Positions 38,897 to 51,073 of a stretch of 64,000 nucleotides of DNA are shown here, piece by piece. Where the stretch lies: assembly GCF_032444005.1 (NCBI RefSeq), contig NC_091287.1:459482001-459546000 (forward strand), read 5' to 3'. The stretch comes from Ranitomeya imitator (taxonomy: Eukaryota). Under the pieces are notes generated by a model that worked only from the letters and a program-made list of their open reading frames with translations, did not search any database and was not told where the DNA came from. A program made the position numbers and the translations under genes. Every line of letters begins with the position of its first letter. Positions within the stretch are counted from its first letter, which is position 1.

Positions 38897-40335
38897 TGAG
38901 CTTCAAGAGGCAGTCACCGGGAATGGTCTTCCAATAATCTTGAAGGAGTTCCCAGAGATGCTTAGCACTTATTGGCTCTTCTGCGGTCCAGCTCACCCCA
39001 AACCATCTCGATTAGGTTCAGGTCTTGTGACTCTGGAGGCCAGGTCATCTGGCGTAGCACCCCATCACTCTCCTTCTTGGTCAAATAGCCCTTACACAGC
39101 TTGGAGGTGTGTTTGGGTTCATTGTCCTGTTGAAAAATAAATGATGGTCCAACTAAACGCAAACCGGATGGAATAGCATGCCGCTGCAAGATGCTGTGGT
39201 AGCCATGCTGGTTCAGTATGCCTTCAATTTTGAATAAATCCCCAACAGTGTCACCAGCAAAGCACCCTCACACCATCACACCTCCTCCTCCATGCTTCAC
39301 GATGGGAACCAGGCACGTAGAGTCCATCCGTTCACCTTTTCTGCGTCGCACAAAGACACGGTGGTTGGAACCAAAGATCTCAAATTTGGACTCATCAGAC
39401 CAAAGCACAGATTTCCACTGGTCTAATGTCCATTCCTTGTGTTCTTTAGCCCAAACAAGTCTCTTCTGCTTGTTGCCTGTCCTTACCAGTGGTTTCCTAG
39501 CAGCTATTTTACCATGAAGGCCTGCTGCACAAAGTCTCCTCTTAACAGTTGTTGTAGAGATGTGTCTGCTGCTAGAACTCTGTGTGGCATTGATCTGGTC
39601 TCTAATCTGAGCTGCTGTTAACCTGCAATTTCTGAGGCTGGTGACTCGGATAAACTTATCCTCAGAAGCAGAGGTGACTCTTGGTCTTCCTTTCCTGGGG
39701 CGGTCCTCATCTGAGCCAGTTTCTTTGTAGCGCTTGATGGTTTTTGCCACTGCACTTGGGGACACTTTCAAAGTTTGCCCAATTTTTCAGACTGACTGAC
39801 CTTCATTTCTTAAAGTAATGATGGCCACTCATTTTTCTTTACTTAGCTGCTTTTTTCTTGCCATAATACAAATTCTAACAGTCTATTCAGTAGGACTATC
39901 AGCTGTGTATCCACCAGACTTCTGCACAACACAACTGATGGTTCCAACTCCATTTATAAGGCAAGAAATCACACTTATTAAACCTCACACTGCACACCTG
40001 TGAAGTGAAAACCATTCCCGGTGACTACCTCTTGAAGCTCATCAAGAGAATGCCAAGAGTGTGCAAAACAGTCATCAAAGCAAAAGATGGCTACATTGAA
40101 GAACCTAGAATATAAGACATAATTTCAGTTCTTTCACACTTTTTTGTTAAATATATAATTCCACATGTCTTAATTCATAGTCTTGATGCATGTAGTGTGA
40201 ATGTACAATTTTCATAGTCATGAAAATACAGAAAAATATTTAAATGAGAAGGTGTGTCCAAACTTTTGGTCTGTACTGTATGTGTGATCAGGGTACAGGC
40301 TCCATCCCTGTCCTATATACTCTCCTTACTATATA

Positions 40336-41942
40336 CAGTGGGGCAAAAAAGTATTTAGTCAGTCAGCAATAGTGCAAGTTCCACCACGTAAAAAGATGAT
40401 AGGCGTCTGTAATTTACATCATAGGTAGACCTCAACTATGGGAGACAAACTGAGAAAAAAAAATCCAGAAAATCACATTGTCTGTTTTTTTAACATTTTA
40501 TTTGCATATTATGGTGGAAAATAAGTATTTGGTCAGAAACAAAATTTCATCTCAATACTTTGTAATATATCCTTTGTTGGCAATGACAGAGGTCAAACGT
40601 TTTCTGTAAGTCTTCACAAGGTTGCCACACACTGTTGTTGGTATGTTGGCCCATTCCTCCATGCAGATCTCCTCTAGAGCAGTGATGTTTTGGGCTTTTC
40701 GCTTGGCAACACGGACTTTCAACTCCCTCCAAAGGTTTTCTATAGGGTTGAGATCTGGAGACTGGCTAGGCCACTCCAGGACCTTGAAATGCTTCTTACG
40801 AAGCCACTCCTTCGTTGCCCTGGCGGTGTGCTTTGGATCATTGTCATGTTGAAAGACCCAGCCACGTTTCATCTTCAATGCCCTTGCTGATGGAAGGAGG
40901 TTTGCACTCAAAATCTCACGATACATGGCCCTATTCATTCTTTCATGTACCCGGATCAGTCGTCCTGGCCCCTTTGCAGAGAAACAGCCCCAAAGCATGA
41001 TGTTTCCACCACCATGCTTTACAGTAGGTATGGCGTTTGATGGATGCAACTCAGTATTCTTTTTCCTCCAAACACGACAAGTTGTGTTTCTACCAAACAG
41101 TTCCAGTTTGGTTTCATCAGACCATAGGACATTCTCCCAAAACTCCTCTGGATCATCCAAATGCTCTCTAGCAAACTTCAGACGGGCCCGGACATGTACT
41201 GGCTTAAGCAGTGGGACACATCTGGCACTGCAGGATCTGAGTCCATGGTGGCGTAGTGTGTTACTTATGGTAGGCCTTGTTACATTGGTCCCAGCTCTCT
41301 GCAGTTCATTCACTAGGTCCCCCCGCGTGGTTCTGGGATTTTTGCTCACCGTTCTTGTGATCATTCTGACCCCACGGGGTGGAATTTTGCGTGGAGCCCC
41401 AGATCGAGGGAGATTATCAGTGGTCTTGTATGTCTTCCATTTTCTAATTATTGCTCCCACTGTTGATTTCTTCACTCCAAGCTGGTTGGCTATTGCAGAT
41501 TCAGTCTTCCCAGCCTGGTGCAGGGCTACAATTTTGTTTCTGGTGTCCTTTGACAGCTCTTTGGTCTTCACCATAGTGGAGTTTGGAGTCAGACTGTTTG
41601 AGGGTGTGCACAGGTGTCTTTTTATACTGATAACAAGTTTAAACAGGTGCCATTACTACAGGTAATGAGTGGAGGAAAGAGGAGACTCTTAAAGAAGAAG
41701 TTACAGGTCTGTGAGAGACAGAAATCTTGATTGTTTGTTTCTGACCAAATACTTATTTTCCACCATAATATGCAAATAAAATGATAAAAAAAAACAGGCA
41801 ATGTGATTTTCTGTTTTTTTTTTTTCAGTTTGTCTCCCATAGTTGAGGTCTACCTATGATGTAAATTACAGACGCCTCTCATCTTTTTAAGTGGTGGAAC
41901 TTGCACTATTGCTGACTGACTAAATACTTTTTTGCCCCACTG
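40336..41942 (-). mobile_element. Full-length Passport-like Tc1 transposon C (1607 bp)
   Basis: TA-flanked CAGTGGGGCAAAAAAGTATTTAGTCAGTCAGCAATAGTGCAAGTTCC TIRs with ~210-bp IRs at both ends; intact ORF. Confidence 0.96.
40552..41574 (-). CDS. Tc1-family DD34E transposase, 340 aa, uninterrupted
   Basis: [16 protein letters not shown]...; paired-like [24 protein letters not shown] with 34 residues between the second D and E; ends ANKGYITKY. Very close to the flatfish Passport transposase as recalled. Confidence 0.95.
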   Translation of the reverse strand: MVKTKELSKDTRNKIVALHQAGKTESAIANQLGVKKSTVGAIIRKWKTYKTTDNLPRSGAPRKIPPRGVRMITRTVSKNPRTTRGDLVNELQRAGTNVTRPTISNTLRHHGLRSCSARCVPLLKPVHVRARLKFAREHLDDPEEFWENVLWSDETKLELFGRNTTCRVWRKKNTELHPSNAIPTVKHGGGNIMLWGCFSAKGPGRLIRVHERMNRAMYREILSANLLPSARALKMKRGWVFQHDNDPKHTARATKEWLRKKHFKVLEWPSQSPDLNPIENLWRELKVRVAKRKAQNITALEEICMEEWANIPTTVCGNLVKTYRKRLTSVIANKGYITKY

Positions 41943-42123
41943 TATATATATATATGTGTGTGATCTGGGTACAGGCCCCATCCCTGTCCTATATACTCTC
42001 CTTACTATATATATGTGTGATCTGGGTACAGGCCCCATCCCTGTCCTATATACTCTCCTTACTATATATGTGTGATCAGGGTACAGGCTCCATCCCTGTC
42101 CTATATACTCTCCTTACTATATA

Positions 42124-43771
42124 CAGTTATATGAAAAAGTTTGGGCACCCCTATTAATCTTAAGCTTAATGTTTTATAAAAATTGTTTTTTTTTTTGCAA
42201 CAGCTATTTCAGTTTCATATATCTAATAACTGTTGGACACAGTAATGTTTCTGCCTTGAAATGATGTTTATTGTACTAACAGAAAATGTGCAATCTGCAT
42301 TCAAACTAAATTTGACAGGTGCATAAGTATGGGCACCCTTATCATTTTCTTGTTTTAAATACTCCTACCTACTTTTTACTGACTTACTAAAGCACTTTTT
42401 TTGTTTTCTAACCTCATTGAGCTTTGAACTTCATAGCCAGGTGTATGCTATCATGAGAAAAGTTACTTAAAGTGGCAACTTGCAAGTTGTTCTCCTGTTT
42501 GAATCTGCTCTGAAGAGTGGCATCATGGGCTCCTCAAAACAACTGTCTAATGATCTGAAAACAAAGACTATTCAACATAGTTGTTCAGGGGAAGGATACA
42601 AAAAGCTGTCTCAGAGATTTAACCTGTCAATTTCCACTGTGAGGAACATAATAAGGAAATGGAAGAACCCAGGTACAGTTCTTGTGAAGGCCAGAAGTGG
42701 CAGGCCAAGAAAAACATCAGAAAGGCAGAGAAGAAGAATGGTGAGATCACTCAAGGACAATCCTCAGACCACCTCCAGAGAGCTGCAGCATCAACTTGCT
42801 GCAGATGGTGTCACTGTGCATCGGTCAACTATACAACGCACTTTGCACAAGGAGAAGCTGCATGGGAGAGTGATGCGAAAGAAGCAGTTTCTGCAAGCAC
42901 GCCACAAACAGAGTCGGCTGAGGTATGCAAAAGCACATTTGGAGAAGCCAATTTCTTTTTGGAAGAAGGTCCTGTGGACCGATGAAACCAAGATTGAGTT
43001 GTTTGGTCATACAAAAAGGCGTTATGCAACGGCGGCCAAAAAACACAGCATTCCAAGAAAAACTCTTGCTACCCACAGTAAAATTTGGTTGAGGTTCCAT
43101 CATGCTTTGGGGCTGTGTGGCCAATGCCGGCACCGGGAATCTTGCTAAAGTTGAGGGACACATGGATTCATCTCAGTATCGGCAGATTCTTGACAATAAA
43201 GTTCATGAACCAGTGACAAAGTTGAAGTTACGCAGGGGATGGATCTTTCAGCAAGACAATGATTCAAAGCACCGCTCCAAATCTACTCAGGCTTTCATGC
43301 AGAGGAACAATTACACTGTTCTGGAATGGCCATCCCAGTCCCCAGACCTGAATATCATTGAACATCTGTGGGATCATTTGAAGAGGGCTGTCCATGCTCG
43401 GCGACCATCACACTTAACTGAACTGGAATTGTTTTGTAAAGAGGAATGGTCAAAAATACCTTCATCCAGGAACTCATTAAAAGCTACAGGAAGCGACTAG
43501 AGGCTGCTATTTTTGCAAAAGGAGGATCTACTAAATATAATGTCACTTTTCTGGTGGGGTGCCCATACTTAAGCACCTGTCAAATTTTGTTTGAATGCAG
43601 ATTGCATATTTCCTGTTAGTACAATTAACCTCATTTCAAGGCAGAAACATTACTGTGTCCAACAGTTATTAAATATATATGAAACTGAAATAGCTGTTGC
43701 AAAAAAAAACAATTTTTATAAAACATTAAGCTTAAGATTAATAGGGGTGCCCAAACTTTTTCATATAACTG
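42124..43771 (+). mobile_element. Tc1 transposon D, frameshifted transposase (ATG 42525 to ~43540)
   Basis: CAGTTATATGAAAAAGTTTGGGCACCCC TIRs; MGSSKQLSNDLKTK, GRPRK, WTDETKIELFGH, then after a frameshift QQDNDSKH and SPDLNIIEHLW. The right TA has lost its T. Confidence 0.93.
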
Positions 43772-44123
43772 ATGTGTGATCTGGGTACAGGCTCCATCCC
43801 TGTCCTATATACTCTCCTTACTATAAATGTGTGATCTGGGTACAGGCTCCATCCCTGTCCTATATACTCTCCTTACTATATATGTGTGATCTGGGTACAG
43901 GCCCCATCCCTGTCCTATATACTCTCCTTACTATATATGTGTGATCTGGATACAGGCTCCATCCCTGTCCTATATACTCTCCTTACTATTTATGTGTGAT
44001 CTGGGTACAGGCTCCATCCCTGTCCTATATACTCTCCTTACTATATATGTGTGATCTGGGTACAGGCCCCATCCATGTCCTATATACTCTCCTTACTATA
44101 TATGTGTGATCTGGGTACAGGCC

Positions 44124-44916
44124 TGTTGTGAATTCTGTTGTTGAACTCCCTCCAGTGGTCGTGAATGGTACTTCGGCGAGTTCTGTCCATGGGCTCCCTC
44201 TGGTGGCTGTGAGTGAAGCTGCTGGTTCTTAGGTTCCTTACACAGGTGACGTGGTTTATCCTTTGGCTGGCTGCTCTATTTAACTCCACTCAGATCGTTA
44301 CTCCATGCCAGCTGTCAATGTTCCTGCATTGGTTCAGTTCGCTCTTGGATCTTTCTGGTGACCTGTCTTCTCCTGCAGAAGCTAAGTTCCTGATAGTTAT
44401 TATTTGTTCATTGTTTCCTTGTCCAGCTGGTTATCATGATTTTGTCTTGCTAGCTGGAAGCTCTGGGATGCAGAGTGGCATCTCCGCACCGTTAGTCGGT
44501 GCGGAGGTCTTTTTGCACACTCTGCGTGGTCTTTTGTAGTTTTTTGTGCTGACCGCAAAGATACCTTTCCTATCCTCTGTCTATTTAGTAAGTCTGGCCT
44601 CCCTTTGCTGAAACCTGTTTCATTTCTGCGTTTGTGACTTTCATCTTTACTCACAGTCAATATATGTGGGGGGCTGCCTTTTCCTTTGGGGAATTTCTCT
44701 GAGGCAAGGTAGGCTTTATTTTCTATCTCTAGGGCTAGTTAGCTCTGAGGCTGTGAAGAGGCGTCTAGGGAGAGTCATGAACGCTCCACGGCTATTTCTA
44801 GTGTGTGTGATAGGATTAGGGCTTGCGGTCAGCAGAGCTCCCACATCCCAGAGCTCGTCCTGTGTGAGTTAAACTATCAGGTCGTGCCGGGTGCTCCTAA
44901 CCACCAGGTCATAACA
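44124..44916 (+). mobile_element. Solo LTR (793 bp), same family as 2785-3598
   Basis: TGTTGTGAATTCTGT...TCATAACA; CAGGCC duplicated (44118-44123, 44917-44922) within the minisatellite unit. Confidence 0.88.
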
Positions 44917-46169
44917 CAGGCCCCATCCCTGTCCTATATACTCTTACTATATATGTGTGATCTGGGTACAGGCTCCATCCCTGTCCTATATACTCTCCTT
45001 ACTATATATGTGTGATCTGGGTACAGGCTCCATCCCTGTCCTATATGCTCTCCTTACTATATATGTGTGATCTGGGTACAGGCTCCATCCCTGTCCTATA
45101 TGCTCTCCTTACTATATATGTGTGATCTGGGTACAGGCTCCATCCCTGTCCTATATACTCTCCTTACTATATATGTGTGATCTGGGTACAGGCTCCATCC
45201 CTGTCCTATATACTCTCCTTACTATATATGTGTGATCTGGGTACAGGCCCCATCCCTGTCCTATATACTCTCCTTACTATATATGTGTGATCTGGGTACC
45301 GGCTCCATCCCTGTCCTATATACTCTCCTTACTATATATGTGTGATCTGGGTACAGGCCCCATCCATGTCCTATATACTCTCCTTACTACAAATGTGTGA
45401 TCTGGGTACAGGCTCCATCCCTGTCCTATATACTCTCCTTACTATATATATGTGTGATCTGGGTACAGGCCCCATCCCTGTCCTATATACTCTCCTTACT
45501 ATATATGTGTGATCTGGGTACCGGCTCCATCCCTGTCCTATATACTCTCCTTACTATATATGTGTGATCTGGGTACAGGCCCCATCCATGTCCTATATAC
45601 TCTCCTTACTACAAATGTGTGATCTGGGTACAGGCTCCATCCCTGTCCTATATTCACTCTATTTTAACTAATGGAGGATGTAAAACCTCATGGTGAACAG
45701 CCTTGGTGGCCTCAAGAATGCTGTAATGGTAACGTCAATCAGGGGTGGGCACGGTGGTTAAGCACAGGAGTGAGGATAATGGGGTCATTGGTGCCCTGAA
45801 AGTTTAGTGGCTCTGCTTAAAAGGCCAACAGTGCGTGCCACCTCTTTATGGCTGTCTCTCCTGGTGCTGTATGTCAGACATCTGGGGATATCACAGTATT
45901 TGTGAATCCCAAAGTAGTAGCACTTCACCTGAATCCTACTGTGATTGTTTTAATCCTGTGATTTAAATAAAGCTGTGGCCATTTTGACAACCAAAATAAA
46001 GTGTTTTGTGTATTTATTCCAGTGTCTAGGTTTACTGTAGTTATAGTCGTTTTAAGATGGATTCGGAGTCCCTCACATATCCAAAAGTCATGTCCATGTG
46101 AATAACAGGAAGTAGGAGTCTAATATTAAGTCTAGTGGCCAAAATGGAATTTGCAAGATTTTTTTTTTT

Positions 46170-46730
46170 TTACATACAGTGAAAAGAACACCACGCCCCC
46201 CGAAGAAGCACTATCAGCAAAACGCGCGTCGGGGCCTCTGTCCGCATCTGGCGAATAGGTTGGTATCACTTTATATTTACTATTTGTCCCTCATCCCTGA
46301 TCTCCTTTACCACATACATTGTTACATGTTAAACAGCTTAATCTGTGGAGGTGGTTTCCACACATGATTTGATATGGCTAGCTGTGGCTCCCTGTTTTAT
46401 ACTGCATGGACTTGATCCGTTTATCCCGCATTGCACTTGCATAAGACTATGAGCCTCCATTTAACGCCTAGTCAACCTGCCACAGCTCTAGTATATGTTT
46501 TTGTATATGAATTATTTGAACATCATCAGTGGGACAATTTTTATTTTTACTGTAGTACGGTAATTATATTCTAACCATTGCCAGGCGTGGCTTCTAGGTG
46601 CCACTATACCTGCTACTATTCCTTACATGGATAGTATGATTTCTGTTATGAATTATCTATTATTGAAATAATTTCATTTTATGATATTTTGCTCTGAGAT
46701 TCATTCCTTTTTTTTGTTTTGGGTAAATAT
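46170..46730 (+). mobile_element. Probable Penelope-like pLTR fragment with a decayed hammerhead-like motif (46198-46234)
   Basis: CCCCGAAGAAGC-ACTATCA-GC-AAAACGCGCGTCGGGG followed by a long AT-rich tail; boundaries approximate. Confidence 0.45.
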
Positions 46731-48181
46731 TACAGTGAAAATAAACAGTTTTACAAATATTTAAAAAGTGTATTTAAAGGGAGTGTTTGGTCACCACATA
46801 GAGATAAGTGGGGGCCTGACAAACGGCACCCCGAACATTCTGCGGTCATTTGCTTCTGTGGCTTCAAGGTATTAACACTTTGAACGGTGTTGCAAAGCAC
46901 AGCTCCATTGCACTACACACCAGCTCCGTCGGATAAAACAACTGATGGTAGGGGTGCTGTGTGTTGAACCCCACTGATCTAGCATTGGATAATGCTTTTT
47001 ACATAAAAACTTGATTTAAATAATTAGTTTATTGAAATTTTGTCATCGTTTTCTGATGACAAAATTTCCCTTTAATCTCAGCCCGCAAAAAATGACATAC
47101 GGTAAATGTACCTCAAGAATTTAGGTGATTTCCACAGATCAACGTTCAGTTATGACAGTGAGATTGCACAGGCTCAGGACTTGTGCTTGCGCCATATGCA
47201 GCAGGAGCCGGCTGTGGTACACAGATGGGACGGGACTGATCTCCCATCCTAGGGGGACCCGAGAGGCTAAAAGGTTAGATAATGCAATGTACTACTACAA
47301 GTACTACAGTGTATTATCAAAGGATCTCTTATTCAAGTTCCATCGGACCAGGATGTATTGTTAAAAATAAATAAAAAAAACAACTCCCAGCTTAATATAA
47401 AAAATGGGTTATGGTAATTGTAAAAAAAAAACCCTGAATCCCCAGCTTAAATAACGCACTTCATGGTATTTCTGCATTTGTAATGACCCATATTATCAAA
47501 CTATCTTATGATTTATAGAACATGAATACCATAAAAATATATAAAAAACTGTCGGAATTGCCATTTCTTTTCACCTTCCCTCACAAAAAAATGAAATAAA
47601 AATCAAAAAGTTCTATGTATCCTAAAGTGGTACCAATAAAAACTACAACCCATTATACAAAAAAATAAGCCCGGATACAGCGCTATACAGAATGATAAAG
47701 TTATGACGCTCATATTATAATAAGCAAAATAAAAAAATAAAAAATTTTAAATTGATTTTCTTGTGAAAACATAATAAAACAAAAAAAATAGATACTGTAT
47801 ATACAGTGGGGAAAAATACCGTATATACTCGCGTATAAGCCGAGGCCCCTAATTTTGTCACAAAAACCTGGGAAAACTTAATGACTCGAGTATAAGCCTA
47901 GGGTGGGAAATGCAGCAGCTACCAGTAAATTTCAAAAATAAAAATAGAAACCAATAAAAGTAAAATTACCTGAGACATCAGTAGGTTAAGTGTTTTTGAA
48001 TATCCATATTGAATCAGGAGCCCAATATAATGCTCCATACAAAATACGCCCCATATATTGCTCTATACAGTTCATTATGGGCCCCATAAGATGCTCCATA
48101 TTAAAATATGCCCTATATAATGCTGCATAAAAGGTTAATGATGGCCCCATAAGATGTTCCATAGAATATTATGCCCCATAT

Positions 48182-48367
48182 CAGTGTTCCCCAACTCTGC
48201 TCCTCAAGAGCCACCAACAGGTCATTTTTTCGTGATTTCCTTAGTATTACACAGGTGATAATTGCATCACCTGGACAGGCAAGCATTCAATCACCTGTGC
48301 AATACTAAGGAAATCCTAAAAACATGACCTGTTGGTGGCTCTTGAGGACCCAAGTTGGGGAGCACTG
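48182..48367. mobile_element. hAT-type MITE (186 bp, palindromic)
   Basis: TIRs CAGTGTTCCCCAACT / AGTTGGGGAGCACTG; exact 8-bp duplication CCCCATAT. Confidence 0.92.
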
Positions 48368-48504
48368 CCCCATATAATGTTGCACAAAGGTTGATGGCCC
48401 CATAAGATGCTCCATAGAATATTATGCCCCACACAATGCTGCACAAAGATTGATGGCCCCATAAGATGCCCCATATGCTGCTGCGATTAAAAAAAAACAA
48501 AAAA

Positions 48505-49465
48505 CAACTCTCCAACTCACAGGCGGTGCCTGGGCTACACCTCTCGCTGGGAATCTGATATTGGTTCAACCCTGACGGACTCGGAATGGACCCAGATTTG
48601 GTCTTCCTCCACTGGAGGCTTGCTTAACACCCTCATGCTAGAGACCAATTACAAAGTACTTACAAGATGGTACCTGACCCCGGCCAGAGTAGCTAAGGCA
48701 GTCGTTAACTACTCTCCAAACTGTTTTCGGGGATGTAACTCTATAGGAGATATGCTTCATATCTGGTGGCTATGCCCAACGGCTCGAAGGTTTTGGACCA
48801 GGGTATACTACTTGATTCGCTCAATAACAAATATCAATCTTAGGAAAAACCCCTGGGAAGCCCTACTAAACAAGCGTATCCCCAATATTTCTAAATATTC
48901 CCGAGCCCTTATCACGTTTATATTCTTAGCAGCCAAACAAACTATAGCCTCGGCTTGGAAAAAATCTGGCTTGGATCTGTCGGGAGTTAAATCTCGTCTA
49001 TCATGGTACATAATTTTTCATTTACCATCAGCTATACTCACTGACAAAGTAGAGAGATTTGAACTTACTTGGCTCCCCTGGGCGGAATACGCCAGCCACA
49101 CCCCTTTCGCTATTCCGGTATCTCAACTATCTAACCGTAGTCCTCAGGCTTCTGATTAAAATTACCCAAATGGGTATGGATTCATTATAACCTCTTCTCG
49201 GGTCCCCCTTCCCTTCCCCCTCCCCTAACCCTTGTCCCCCATTTTGTGTGTTTTTGTCGCTGTTACACTCGTCCTTTGATATGACTCGTCTTAAGTTTAT
49301 TGCCAGTTACCAGAACATAAATTAAGGACTGTTACCCCCTTGTTATGATGCAATGTACTATATGATAATACTAAAGTTTCTTCTTTTCCTGTATCATATA
49401 TGCAAACTACAATAAAAATTTATTGTTCAAAAAAAAAAAAAAAGTCTGGAAAAAAAAAAAAAAAA
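48505..49465 (+). mobile_element. 5'-truncated L1 (ORF2 C-terminus, 3' UTR, poly-A)
   Basis: Frame open ~48507-49159: RWESDIG...ETNYKVLTRWYLTP...CFRGC...HIWWLCP...FWTRV...AAKQTIASAWK...WLPW (L1 Cys-rich tail). Pyrimidine tract, AATAAA at 49411, A-tail 49429-49465, inserted into an A-tract. Confidence 0.92.
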
Positions 49466-49639
49466 GACATACTCACCTCTCGTTGCTGGGGGTCTGGTGC
49501 CGGTGTCCTGAGCAGGCGGGGACACTGGCGAGCTATGGGGGCAAGGTACAGGAATCGCCGCTGGCTTTGGCCCCCGGCACTTGCGATATTCACCTGTTCC
49601 CGTTCCACCACCACGCGCGGTTGTCTCGCTAACTAAATA

Positions 49640-50769
49640 CCATATTTTTTCGGACCATAAGACCCACTTTTTTTCCTCCAAATTTGGGGGAAATGTAGGG
49701 TGCGTCTTATGGTGTGGATGTAATATGTGGGAGGAGCCCTCCTCATGTCGTCATCATCACAGATCCTTCAGGCATGGTACTAGAATCTGCAAGCCTTAGG
49801 TAACAAGACGGAGGGCTCTGTGTGGTCATGTGATGCTCCAGCTCTTTACCTCACCACAGTGTGGCTGGCTGGATGGCTGGCTGCAGGACCTGCAAAGCCT
49901 GAACAACTAAGAATTAAAGTTAGTCACTACAACACACAAAAAAGCACTCCGCCACTCCTGTGGTGAACTATAACTCACAGCATGCCATAGCATCTGAAGG
50001 ACATGCTGGACGTTATAGTTCTCACATGGGATCTTAAAGCAACACTCCTGTATTATTTTTCAGTGCTGGAGTGGTGCTTTAAATATAAGCCCTATGCCCC
50101 CATTCTTATACTCACCCACCAGCATCTTCATATTGTACTTTACAGACACACTGTTCCCACAGCACCTGCTTCCACCCGTAGCTTCCAGCATAATAACGTA
50201 CTAGTATATAATGACACAACATATAATAGTATGTTACTTATGTTATTAAATATTTTACCACATTTTTTGCTGCAAAGATATTTTTCCCTATATTCCACCT
50301 CAAACACCTGGTTGCGTCTTAGGGTAAGTTCACACAGGGCGTTTTTTATGCAAATTTTCAGCTGCTTTTTACAATACCAGCAAAGCCAATGAGATTTCAG
50401 AAATCTCATGCACACACATTAGTTTTTTGCTTGATCAGTATTTTGTGCTTTGCGGCCTTTTTTGGACATAGAGCATGTCACTTCTTTCAGCGTTTTTCAC
50501 CCATTGACTTGAATGGGTGTTAAAAAAACGCAGCAAAAACGCAGGTATCATTATTTGCTGTGTTTTTGCTGCTGAAAATACAAGGACAAAGCATGGACAA
50601 AGAGGAAAAACAAAACAAAAAAAAAAAACGCACCAAAAACGCACCTAAACCTGCGTTTTTGACGCAGCTCCTTTCCTGCCAAGATGATCAGGTTTTGCTG
50701 CAGGAAAAAAAAGCCCTCTGTGAACTTACCCTTATAGTCTGGTGCGTCTTATAGTCCAAAAAAATACGG
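49640..50769. mobile_element. Tc2/pogo-like non-autonomous element with nested MITEs
   Basis: TA-flanked CCATATTTTTTCGGACCATAAGAC / GTCTTATAGTCCAAAAAAATACGG. Confidence 0.8.
50322..50731. mobile_element. PIF/Harbinger-type MITE
   Basis: GGGTAAGTTCACACAG / CTGTGAACTTACCC TIRs; TTA duplication. Confidence 0.88.
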
Positions 50770-51073
50770 TACTTTTTTCCCCACTGTATTTATTATGGCA
50801 CAGCACAGTTAGGGCACTCTGTTTTTGTTAAAGTAACATTGCTCAGCTTCTGATATTTTCATCATGTATTAATAAAGTAAAATTATTTAGCTTACTATTC
50901 CGGTTCTCGTCATTCAGCGTCTTATCACGTCAGTTCAAATCTGTGTGTATCTATTTTGAAGTGCTAGGAAGGAAAGGTACGGCTGAGACCAAGACACACA
51001 ATAGTAATATAAGTAGATCTCTCAAAAGAGAACATCTGGATAGAGGAGATCTGTGTGGCAGTGCGCTGTGTGA

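Larger units (their letters stand above)
38322..40278 (-). mobile_element. Tc1 transposon B, transposase pseudogene, carrying a 324-bp insertion
   Basis: TA-flanked CAGTAAAGACCAAAAGTTTGGACAC / GTGTCCAAACTTTTGGTCTGTACTG; MARKKQLSKEK* (ATG 39864, stop 39829-39831), GRPRVT, WSDESKF, QQDNEPKH, DLNLIEMVW. Confidence 0.93.
35555..45652. repeat. 55-bp minisatellite (~2.6 kb of repeat) split by four Tc1 elements and a solo LTR
   Basis: Unit TACTATATATGTGTGATCTGGGTACAGGCTCCATCCCTGTCCTATATACTCTCCT at 35555-35856, 37379-38321, 40279-40335, 41943-42123, 43772-44123 and 44917-45652. Confidence 0.96.
47819..49635. mobile_element. Tc2/pogo-like non-autonomous element (one end missing), hosting a hAT MITE and an L1
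   Basis: TA-CCGTATATACTCGCGTATAAGCCGAG start; reverse-orientation relative of 56842-58135. Confidence 0.75.

Noticed and set aside
40925-41665. 246-aa plus-strand ORF (and its equivalents at 60903-61636)
   Set aside because: It is the antisense shadow of the Tc1 transposase.
45722-46077. LTR-like segment (TGT...CACA, two AATAAA)
   Set aside because: No TSD and no terminal inverted match, so boundaries cannot be supported.
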